Assembly: GCA_951406725.2 (NCBI GenBank) | Contig: OX597833.1 | Coordinates: forward strand, 29,202,001-29,266,000 | Source of the DNA: Octopus vulgaris | Lineage: Eukaryota | Length of the DNA: 64,000 nt | Direction of reading: 5' to 3' | In this document: positions 50,941 to 64,000 of the stretch, in pieces | How the letters are laid out: each line of letters begins with the position of its first letter | Position numbering within the stretch: the stretch's first letter is position 1 | Made by a program: the position numbers and the translations under genes | Notes under the pieces: model-generated | Database searches by the model: none | What the model saw: only the letters and a program-made list of their open reading frames with translations | What the model was told of the DNA's origin: nothing

Positions 50941-53680
50941 GTAGTTGTGTGTGCTACATATCGCCCTCCAGATGCCCCAAGCCATGTGGGCAAGTTTGAA
51001 GACTTCCTTATAAAAATAGAAGAAATTCTAACCACATTAGAACAACACATAGGTGTGCTTCTTATGGGAGACTTCAATCTGCCCAATGTCAGATGGCCCG
51101 AGGGCCTTTCTCTCCCAGGAATGACAAGATGTGAACGAGGACAGGCGGGGTCCCTCCTGAACCTCATCAACACCCTGTACATGGAGCAGGTAATACTCCA
51201 ACCAACCAGGGCAGGTAACACACTGGATCTCTGCTTCACAAATGACATGGATCTCATCCATAATGTGAAAGTGACACCGACACTACTCTCGGATCACAAC
51301 ATGATAGAGCTGACCATGTACGGGCCAAAAGAGAGCACGGACATGCAGCCTACAAGAAACCCTCAAAATCTTTCCAGCTTGAACTACCATAAGGCAAACT
51401 GGAAACAAATTGAAAAGAGATCCTCAAACAAAACTGGCCTAAATGTCTCTCCTCGCCAGACATCGACGTGAAACTTCAACAATTCATGTCTGTAATGCAA
51501 GCCATATGCTACAAATGTGTCCCAGAGAGAAAGGCCACTGTACACAAGAACAAAATCCCCAGAGAGAGGAAAATTTTAATGAGACGGCGTACGAAATTTT
51601 CAAATCGCCTAAACAAACAGATTGAAAGCAGTGAAAAGTCCCGCCTAAAAATAAAACTGTTGGAAATCGAAAAATGTCTGCAACTCTCCCATGAAAAAGA
51701 AAGAGCAGACAAAGAAGCCTGGGCTATAGAAAACATAAAATCTAACCCCAGAGCTTTCTACAGGTATGCCAAAGAAACAGCTACGGTGCACTGTAGAATA
51801 GGGCCACTCCTCGAAAAGGATGGCACACTCACAGGAAAACCAATGAGGGTAAGTGAAATACTGAATGAGCAATTCAAGAGTGTTTTCACTCCACCCCTTG
51901 GGCATCTCCAAATCACTAATCCAACTGACTTTTTTACCACTGCAGATATAAAATCAGAGGAGGCGACGATAGATTACATCGATATAAAGGAAGACGATGT
52001 AATCTAGGCTATAGATGAAATGAAAACAGACTCAGCTACTGGCCCCGATGGATTCCCGGCAATCCTCCTAAAAGCATGTAAGAGAGTCCTAGCAAGACCA
52101 CTGCAGTTCCTCTTTCAGAGCTTCCTTGCAGCTGGCAAACTTCCAAGAAAACTGAAGGAAGGTAAAATATGCCCCATTCATAAAGGAGGTAGCAGAGCGG
52201 AAGCCAAGAACTATAGACCTATCTCTCTGACCTCACACATCAGCAAGGTCATGGGACGAATAGTCAGAAGGAAGCTGATCACCTTCCTTGAAGAGAATGA
52301 CTTGCTGCCCGACACCCAACATGGTTTCCGACCAGGGAGAAGCTGTTTAACTCAGCTCCTACAACACTATGACTGGGTGCTGAAACGGCTGCTCAACCAC
52401 TCAAATGTGGAAGTGATACATCTCGACTTTGCAAAGGCCTTTGATAAAGTCGATCATGGAATGATATGTCACAAACTGCGTGATCTCAACATAGTTGGAA
52501 AACTGGGAGAATGGCTTCATGACTTTCTGAAGGATAGAAGTCAGGTGGTAGTAGCCAATGGGGCCACCTCCATTAACACACAAATAGTGAGCGGTGTTCC
52601 GCAGGGCACTGTTCTGGGACCACTACTGTTCATAATGGCCCTCTCAGACATGCCCTCAGCCATGCAGAGAGCCACGATCACAAGTTATGCAGATGATACA
52701 AAAGTTTCACAGGCAATACAGAACCCTGAGGACACTAAACACCTGCAATGTGAGCTGGACGAAATATACAAGTGGGCTGAAAAGAATAGCATGCAGTTCA
52801 ATGCTGGAAAGTTTCAAGCTTTATACTATCAGCATGCAAAACTGAATGCAATACCCAATGAATACACTGGACCCGGAGGGATTGCAATCCCAGAGGCACA
52901 ATCAGTGCGTGACCTGGGTATTCACATGAGTGATGACGCGACCTTTCATGTACATGTTGCTAAACTGACAATGAAATGTAGACGGCTGGCTGGATGGATT
53001 CTTAGAACCTTTAGAACAAGAGAACAAGAAACCATGATGGTCCTCTGGAAGACACTTGTCCTAAGCCACTTTGACTATTGCTCTCAGCTATGGTCACCAT
53101 CCAGTGTCAAGTTGATCACAGAACTTGAGGCGATCCAACGAAGCTACACGAAGAAGATAGCCTCTATGCAGAATGTAAGCTACTGGGAAAGACTCAAGAG
53201 ATTAAAATTATATTCCCTGGAGTGTAGGCGGGAAAGATATGCCATAATATACATCTGGAAGATCCTGGAGGGAAGTGTCCTTAACTTTGACATTGAGAGT
53301 TACGCAAATGCCAGAACTGGGCGCCACTGCGTGGTGCCTAGGACTCCAAACCTGCCATCAAGATGTAGGACAAGATTCTGTGATAGCCTGGGCTTCCGAG
53401 GCCCACAGCTCTTCAATATCCTCCCGAAGAACCTGAGAGACCTGCATGGGGTGGATACAGATGTCTTTAAATGAAGCTGGATCTCTTCCTGTCAGGTGTC
53501 CCAGATGAACCAACTTCACGGCAGGAGGGGCAGATGAGGGCAGCTGCATCGAACTCTCTCATGCACCAAATAGCAGTTGCTAGAAAGCCCCGATGAAGTA
53601 AAACCAAGTAGCAACACCAAATGGCGGTGCCCCAGCATGGCCACAGCTCATAAGCTGAAACTAGAATCAATCAATCAATC
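50941..53680 (+). mobile_element. CR1-group LINE A, 5'-truncated in the APE domain, inserted in (TA)n
   Basis: [72 protein letters not shown]; one stop (52005-52007) and two frameshifts; (ATCA)n tail. Confidence 0.92.
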
Positions 53681-53693
53681 ACATATATATATA

Positions 53694-53769
<76 letters not shown>

Positions 53770-53774
53770 AGTTA

Positions 53775-53954
<180 letters not shown>

Positions 53955-53960
53955 TACACT

Positions 53961-54031
<71 letters not shown>

Positions 54032-54032
54032 G

Positions 54033-54240
54033 GATTGATTGATTGATTCTAGTTTCAGCTTATGAGCTGTGGCCATGCTGGGGCACCGCCATTTGGTGTT
54101 GCTACTTGGTTTTACTTCATGGGGGCTTTCTAGCAACTGCTATTTGGTGCATGAGAGAGTTCGATGCAGCTGCCCTCATCTGCCCCTCCTGCCGTGAAGT
54201 TGGTTCATCTGGGACACCTGACAGGAAGAGATCCAGCTTC
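54033..54240 (-). repeat. Inverted duplicate of the last 208 bp of LINE A
   Basis: Reverse complement of 53473-53680, with one mismatch seen. Confidence 0.95.
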
Positions 54241-56734
54241 TTTACGAATGAGTTTTTCTTGTCCCAACTTGTCCTTGCACCAACAAGACATCAGAACATT
54301 TTGGACCTAGTGTTTAGTAACCACACTAACACTATACATAACGTTACAGTGGAAAAAACCCTTCTTTCAGACCATGACATGGTTCTCTGTAACATGAAAT
54401 TCCACCAGCCGAAAGCTAATCCTAGTGACCTTCCTCCAGCCCACCCATTTGACAACATGGATCTCCATAAAGCCAACTGGGATGCAATCAGGAACGAGCT
54501 ATCAAATGTTGACTGGTCCTTTACACATACACACATCTCCACCAACCATAAAACATCTTGGCAGATCTTTGTAGACACCGTCACAGACATATGTGCAAAA
54601 CACTCCCCACCAAGACCTGTGAACAAAAAGTGCAGAATCCCCCAAAACAGAAAAACCATTATCAGAAAAATAAAAAGAACAAACAAAAAAATTAACAAAC
54701 TAAAGTACTGCCAACAGCAACACACACATTCGACGGCTATCGCACTGCTTGAATCCAAAAAATATAACCTCCAACAATGCATGAAGACCCTCATCAATAA
54801 CCAAAGATCAGCTGAGGAGAAGTGGGCCATTGAAAAAATCAAACTCAACCCCAAAGTGTTCTTTTCATTTGCGAGGAAACGCAGGGTCACTGTCTCCACT
54901 GTAGGCCCTCTAATTGACGAAACTGGCACTCTCCAAGATAATGCCTAATCCATGGCCGAGATACTGCAGAAACAATACTGCTCTGTTTTCAGCAATCCTG
55001 ATATGGCCGATCTGGGCTGTATCAGTGATGTCAACCCCCAACACACTATATCGGACATAACGTTTAGTGCCTCTGATGTCTTAGCGGCGATAAACGAAAT
55101 AAAACACAATTCAGCAGTAGGCCCCGATAGGTTCCCTGCTTGTGTCCTGAAGGTGTGTCGACACCAACTTGCATCTCCCCTTGCTAATCTGTGGAGAAAC
55201 TCATTGGATGCTGGCTATATTCCAAAAAACCTTCTGTCCCAGTCTGTTGTCCCAGTTTTCAAAAAGGGAAACAAGTCCCTTGCAGTGAATTACCGTCCGA
55301 TCTCACTCACCTCTCATATCATCAAGGTATTTGAGAGGGTGGTGTGTTCTCGAATAACCCAATTTCTGGAAAGCAACAGACGGCTGATCTCCAACCAACA
55401 TGGGTTCCGTAATGGAAGGGACTGCCTAACGCAGCTCCTGCATCACTTTGAGGACATTTTGAGAGCTTTGGGAGAGGGCTCCAACACCGATGTCATCTAC
55501 CTTGATTTCAGTAAGGCCTTCGACAGGGTCGATCACAAGATCCTATTGAAAAAACTATCCAACATTGGTGTCTCTGGAAAGTTACTGAAATGGATTAAGT
55601 GTTTCCTGACAGACAGATCTCAACATGTTGTAGTTGAAGGGGTAAAATCAAGCCCAGCCAAAGTCAGTAGTGGCGTTCCGCAAGGCACTGTGCTGGGCCC
55701 ACTTCTTTTCATCATTTACATTAATGACATTAATGACATCATCAAGCAGAGCAACATAAAAATCTTTGCAGATGACTCCAAGCTACAGAAGGTCATAAAT
55801 GAAGCGAGTGACCGGACATGCCTTCAGTCAGATCTACTGGCTGTTATCCAATGGGCAGAAAAAAACAATATGCTGCTGAACGAGGATAAATTTGAGCTAA
55901 TCCACTTTGGAAAAGAGGATGCCCTGAAACTCCCATACTCCCTTCCTTCAGGTGAAACTCTCGCGGCGTCCAACAACATCAGAGACTTGGGAGTAATTGT
56001 GGACAACAACGTAAGCTGGGCCACTCATATAAACACCAAAGTTGACATGGCCCGCAGAATGTGTTCCTGGATTCTCAGAACTTTCCAGTCGAGAGATATC
56101 CACACCATTATCCTTCTCTTCTCCACTTTTGCCCGACCCCACCTTGAATACTGTTGTCCACTGTGGTCTCCCCACACAATACAAGGTATCATAAAAGTTG
56201 AAGCACCTCAAAGGGCAATCACAAAAAAGATAGATGGCATGACAGGCCTCGACTATTGGGGTCGGCTAGAAAAGCTAAAACTCTATTCTTTCCAACGTCG
56301 TCGTGTACGCTACATCATCTGCATGATGTGGAAAATATTCCATCAGCATTGCCCAAATGATGTTGGCATCACCTTTAAGGTACATCCAAGGCTTGGGCCC
56401 CGTGCCATCCGCCCAAAACAAAAATCGCACTCTCATCTCATAACAACAATACGGCACAATTATTTCACCTCAATTGGCCCCGCTCTCTTTAACATTACAC
56501 CAAAACACATTAAAACAGAAACTGACCCTATAGGGTTCAAGAAGTCTTTGGACAGATTCCTTCAAGAAATCCCGGATAAACCCCCTACACCCGGATATGT
56601 CTCTGTAAACAATAACTCTCTACTTGAGTGGGCCATAGTGCCCAAATTCTGACTTGAAAGACTTCACCAGGTGGTGCTATTAAGTTAGACATGGCCTGGG
56701 CCAATAATGGCCGAAACCTATCAAAGTATCAAAG
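54241..56734 (+). mobile_element. CR1-group LINE B (different family), 5'-truncated, 3' end in (TA)n
   Basis: [51 protein letters not shown]; single in-frame TAA at 54946-54948; (TATCAAAG)2 tail. Confidence 0.92.
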
Positions 56735-58945
<2,211 letters not shown>

Positions 58946-59212
58946 CATCATCATCATCGTTTAACGTCCGTTTTCCGCGCTAGCACGGGTTGGACAGTTC
59001 GACCGGGGTCTGGGAAGCCAGGGGCTGCTCCAGGCTCCAGTCTGATCTGGCAGAGTTTCTACGGCTGGATGCCCTTCCTAACGCCAACCACTCTGCGAGT
59101 GTAGTGGGTGCTTTTTACGTGCCACCTGCACAGGTGCCGGGGGGGGGAGGGGGTCCGGCATCGGCCACGATCGGTTGGAGCTTTTAACGTGCCAGCGGCA
59201 CGGAAGCCAGCC
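58946..59212 (-). mobile_element. RTE 3' tail copy abutting (TA)n
   Basis: tcatcatcatcatcgtttaacgtccgttttcc...acgtgccacc. Confidence 0.85.
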
Positions 59213-59493
59213 AATCATCAAAATCTCAAAGCTACAAGATAATTCATGGTTAATTCAAAACAATATGAATGAATAAACATTACGTTTAACAGAATAATCT
59301 GAATGCCAAAGGGTTTAAGCATTTTTTCCTAATGATAAAAATAAAATAGGATTTTTTAAACACTTAATGACTATGAAGATCCACCCAAGTAAAATAGGAA
59401 TGAAATGGTTGGAAATTGCTGTTCTAAAGCATTATCTAACAACTTCTGATTTAAATGCAGCAATATGGTTATACTACTCCAAGACAGCTACAG

Positions 59494-59867
<374 letters not shown>

Positions 59868-62634
59868 CTCTTTTACTCTTTTACTTGTTTCAGCCATCCG
59901 GCTGAGGCCATGCTGGGGCACCGCCCTTGTTGCTACCCTCTCTAAGTCCAGTTTGCCGTGGCTGGCCACTGATCTAAGAGAGAGTTTGTAGCTGCTGCCC
60001 TTAGGTTACCTTCGTACCTTGCAGTGGGTTTATCTGGGATCCCGGAAAGCAGCTTGTCTAGATGTTTTTTGAAAATGTCCACATCCGCATCATGTAGATC
60101 TCTTAGTTTTCTTGGCAGTTTGTTGAAAAGCTGAGGGCCCCTGAACCCCAGGCTATTACAGTATCTGCTCCTTACCCTGGATGTGGAAGACGGGACCTTT
60201 GGCACCACACAGTGATGTCCTGTACGGGGATTGGAACAGCTCTCAATTCCAAAATTTGGTGCTAGTCCCTCCAGGATTTTCCATATGTATATCACTGCAT
60301 ATCTCTCTCGTCTTCGTTCCAAGGAGTACAAATTGAGTTCCCTAAGCCTCTCCCAATAGTTCTTTTCTTTCATGGTGGAAATCCTCTTGGTGAAATGTCT
60401 TTGGATTGTCTCAAGCTCTGTGGTTAGTTTGACACTATGCGGTGACCACAGTTGGGAGCAGTAGTCCAGGCGGCTTAGGACAAATGTCCTCCATAGTGTC
60501 AACATGGTCTCGCAGTCTCTTGTCCGGAATGTCCTCAGGATCCAGCCAGTGAGTCGTCTGCACATTGTCGCCACCTTCGCGATGTGTGAAGAAAAAGATG
60601 CATCGTCACTCATGTCTATCCCCAGGTCCCGTATTGATTTCGATACTGGGATTTCGATCCCTCCTGGACCAGTATAGTTGTGTTGTAATGTATATGTGTT
60701 TACAGCTTGATATTGTAAGGCTTGAAATTTACCAGCATTAAATTGCATGTTGTTGTCTTCAGCCCATTTGTATATGGCATCCAGATCTTGTTGTAAAAGG
60801 TCAGCATCAGCTGGGTTTTTGATTGCCTGTGCTACCTTTGTGTCATCAGCATAGCTAGTGAGGGATGTTGTTTGTGCTACCAAGGGCATGTCAGAGAGCG
60901 CCACCAAAAACAGCAAGGGTCCCAAGACTGTGCCCTGTGGCACCCCGCTTGCCATTGGTGTCTTTCCCGAGAGGGCTCCATTGGCTGCAACCATCTGGCT
61001 TCTGTCCTTCAGGAAGTCATGTATCCACTCAGCTACTTTTCCTGTCATGCCGAGTCTGAGTAATTTGTGACATATCACTCCGTGGTCGACTTTGTCAAAG
61101 GCCTTCGCAAAGTCGAGATATACCACATCCACCTGTGAGCGATCCAGTAGTTGTTTCAGTACCCAGTCGTAGTGTTGTAACAGCTGCGTAAGGCAGCTTC
61201 TTCCTGGGCGAAAGCCATGCTGTGTGTCAGTGAGACGGTTAGTTTCTTCGAGGAACGTGATCAGTTTTTTTCTGATGATTCGTTCCATGACCTTACTTAT
61301 GTGTGACGTCAGGGAGACTGGCCTGTAGTTTTTGGCCTCTGCTCTACTCCCTCCTTTGTGGATAGGGCATATGGTGCCTTCTTTTAGCGCCCTGGGCAGT
61401 TTACCGTTAGCCAAGGAACCACTGAAGAGCTTCTTCAGTGGTCCCGCTAGGGCATGCCTGCATGTATTTAGGAGGACTGCTGGGAATCCATCTGGTCCTG
61501 CAGCTGAGTTTATTCTCATTTCTTCTATGGCAGATATTACATCCCTCTCTGTTATGTCTATGTGGTCGATGGTTGTTGTTTGGTTTTGGAGTGTTGTGGC
61601 ATCAAAGAAAACTTCTGGGTTTGTGATTTGCATGTGCCCCAGAGGGGATGTGAACACACTTTTATACTGTTCCTTTAGTATTTCACTTATCCCTTGGGGG
61701 TCCTCAGTTAGAGAGCCCTTTTTATCAAAGAGTGGGCCAATCTTGCAGTGTACAGAGGTGGTTTCTTTCGCAAATTTAAAGAAGGCTTTAGGGTTTGTTT
61801 TAATATTCTCTATGGCCCTGGCTTCTCTCTCTGCCCTCTCCTTCTCATAGGAAAGTTTGAGTGCAGTTTCCGTTTCAAAAAGTTTCAGGTGGAGTCCCTC
61901 ATTGTTTCTCTGCCGTGCATTCAGTTGCTTCGAGAGCTTAGCTCTTCGCCTCATAAGTATTTTCCTGTCTCTGGGAATAACGTTCCTATGCCCGCTGGCT
62001 TTTTTCTCCCGGACAAACTTATGGCATATGTTCTGTATTGTTGTCATGAAATGTTGGAAATGTGTGTTGGTGTCTTGTGTGGTGATGAAGTCACTCCAGT
62101 CATGTTTTCGGATCTCTTCGTTGATCTTCTTCCAGTTTGCCTTATGGAAGTTTAGACTGGATAGGCCTGTGGTATTTTCTAATGGCTGCATCTCAACTAA
62201 CTCTCTCATACCATATATCATTACCTCTACTAAGTTGTGATCTGAGAGAATTGTTGGTGTTACCATTATGTTGTGGATTAGCATCGGGTTGCTTGTGAAA
62301 CAGAGGTCCAAGACATTCTCACCTCTTGTTGGCCAAAGCACTGCTTGCTCCATGAAAAACTTGCGTGTGAGAGCCAACAAGGACTCTGTCTGTCTCTGTT
62401 CAAGTGATGTCATTCCAGGGAGGAGATGGCCATCTGGCCATTTGACTTTCGGAAGGTTAAAATCTCCCAGCAGTAGAATGGTGTTACCCTGGTCCAGTTT
62501 GTCCAGGACTTCTTCTATTCTTCTGAGGCTATCTTCAAACACTCCTTCATGACTAGGGGTGTCTGGTGGCCGATATGTGACACATATTACTATTTTCGGT
62601 TGTTTCATGTGTACTATCAGTGTGTCACAGACTG
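59868..62634 (-). mobile_element. CR1-group LINE C, 5'-truncated, flanked on both sides by (TA)n
   Basis: Uninterrupted 888-aa ORF; short 3' UTR with hairpin and (AGTAAAAG)n tail. Confidence 0.93.
59942..62608 (-). CDS. LINE ORF2-type protein: partial APE endonuclease + reverse transcriptase
   Basis: [59 protein letters not shown]; no stop codon over 888 aa; APE N-terminus missing. Confidence 0.85.
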   Translation of the reverse strand: MKQPKIVICVTYRPPDTPSHEGVFEDSLRRIEEVLDKLDQGNTILLLGDFNLPKVKWPDGHLLPGMTSLEQRQTESLLALTRKFFMEQAVLWPTRGENVLDLCFTSNPMLIHNIMVTPTILSDHNLVEVMIYGMRELVEMQPLENTTGLSSLNFHKANWKKINEEIRKHDWSDFITTQDTNTHFQHFMTTIQNICHKFVREKKASGHRNVIPRDRKILMRRRAKLSKQLNARQRNNEGLHLKLFETETALKLSYEKERAEREARAIENIKTNPKAFFKFAKETTSVHCKIGPLFDKKGSLTEDPQGISEILKEQYKSVFTSPLGHMQITNPEVFFDATTLQNQTTTIDHIDITERDVISAIEEMRINSAAGPDGFPAVLLNTCRHALAGPLKKLFSGSLANGKLPRALKEGTICPIHKGGSRAEAKNYRPVSLTSHISKVMERIIRKKLITFLEETNRLTDTQHGFRPGRSCLTQLLQHYDWVLKQLLDRSQVDVVYLDFAKAFDKVDHGVICHKLLRLGMTGKVAEWIHDFLKDRSQMVAANGALSGKTPMASGVPQGTVLGPLLFLVALSDMPLVAQTTSLTSYADDTKVAQAIKNPADADLLQQDLDAIYKWAEDNNMQFNAGKFQALQYQAVNTYTLQHNYTGPGGIEIPVSKSIRDLGIDMSDDASFSSHIAKVATMCRRLTGWILRTFRTRDCETMLTLWRTFVLSRLDYCSQLWSPHSVKLTTELETIQRHFTKRISTMKEKNYWERLRELNLYSLERRRERYAVIYIWKILEGLAPNFGIESCSNPRTGHHCVVPKVPSSTSRVRSRYCNSLGFRGPQLFNKLPRKLRDLHDADVDIFKKHLDKLLSGIPDKPTARYEGNLRAAATNSLLDQWPATANWT

Positions 62635-62721
<87 letters not shown>

Positions 62722-62722
62722 G

Positions 62723-62789
<67 letters not shown>

Positions 62790-62800
62790 GTATATATATG

Positions 62801-62851
<51 letters not shown>

Positions 62852-62854
62852 GTG

Positions 62855-62943
<89 letters not shown>

Positions 62944-62952
62944 GTATATATA
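62635..62952. repeat. (TA)n microsatellite
   Basis: Direct observation. Confidence 0.95.
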
Positions 62953-63336
62953 TCTCTCTCTATATAAACGGCAGTTTGTCTGTGCGTGTTTCTGTGTGTC
63001 TGTTTTCTCGTACCCTCACCCTGACCATGGCTTTCAACCGATTCTGATGAAACTTGACACACACATAGCCCAATGTCATAATTCAAAACTAACGCAGCGA
63101 AAATTTTGAAAAGTTCCCCCAGTTCTGAAAAAAATCGATAAATTCGACATGGGGTCGAGAATTAGAAACCCAAACCACAGACCGTCTAGGGGACGCAACT
63201 CTACCTTTTTTAACTCTCAAAAAAATTTACCATCATTTTTTTCCCATTTTTTTGCTATTTTTTGGCTATAACTCTCTAAAAATGCTTTATAGTTATTTCC
63301 CTTACAAACCTGAGCAACGCCGGGCGATACTGCTAG
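62953..63336 (+). mobile_element. Non-autonomous Helitron inserted in (TA)n
   Basis: A|TC...cctgagcaacgccgggcgatactgCTAG|T; near-identical to 8596-8970. Confidence 0.88.
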
Positions 63337-63610
63337 TATATTTATATATATATATGTATATATATATATTTATATATATATATGTATATATATATATGTA
63401 TATATATGTATATATATATATGTATATATATATATGTATATATATGTATATATATATATGTATATATATATATGTATATATATGTATATATATATATGTA
63501 TATATATATGTATATATATATATGTATATATATGTATATATATATATATGTATATATGTATATATATATATGTATATATATATGTATATATATATATGTA
63601 TATATATATG

Positions 63611-63645
<35 letters not shown>

Positions 63646-64000
63646 GTATATATATATATGTATATATATGTATATATATATGTATATATATATATGTATA
63701 TATATATGTATATATATATATGTATATATATATGTATATATATATATGTATATATATATGTATATATATATATGTATATATATATGTATATATATATGTA
63801 TATATATATGTATATAGATATATATATGTATATATATATGTATATAGATATATATATGTATATATATATGTATATATATATATATGTATATATATATGTA
63901 TATATATATATGTATATATATATATGTATATATATATATGTATATATATATGTATATATATATATATGTATATATATGTATATGTATATATATATATGTA
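63337..64000. repeat. (TA)n microsatellite with periodic G interruptions
   Basis: Direct observation; runs off the window end. Confidence 0.95.

Noticed and set aside
54043-54948. 301-aa ORF as a novel protein
   Set aside because: It is an accidental fusion of the antisense 3' end of LINE A with truncated LINE B ORF2.
60858-62552. Multiple + strand ORFs antisense to LINE C (and minus-strand ORFs over LINEs A, B and the RTE)
   Set aside because: Shadow ORFs of RT coding sequence with no independent motifs.

Overview
AT-rich, repeat-dense animal genomic DNA. The repeat families and very long (TA)n tracts suggest a cephalopod, probably Octopus (inference). The window holds the 5' two-thirds of one + strand spliced gene, an optineurin/NEMO (IKK-gamma)-family coiled-coil adaptor. 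Seven coding exons (20796-48736) splice in frame at GT-AG sites. A candidate promoter and non-coding first exon lie near 11.7 kb with a perfect IRF/ISRE element and an upstream kappaB site. The UBAN and zinc-finger exons are not in the window. The rest is transposable-element material: a near-full RTE LINE with a PHD-like finger inside its RT plus many 3' tail copies, Penelope-like GIY-YIG remnants (one followed by a minimal hammerhead ribozyme), Gypsy and CRE-like fragments, Tc1/mariner relics, nested GG-terminal MITEs with 8-bp TSDs, non-autonomous Helitrons and tRNA-like SINEs. The most unusual region is 49.8-64 kb. There, three distinct young CR1-group LINEs sit in (TA)n arrays and share a covarying 3' hairpin. 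Two are 5'-truncated at nearly the same point, and two are joined through a 768-bp fold-back palindrome centred in the microsatellite. All family assignments come from motif recognition by eye; no database search was run.
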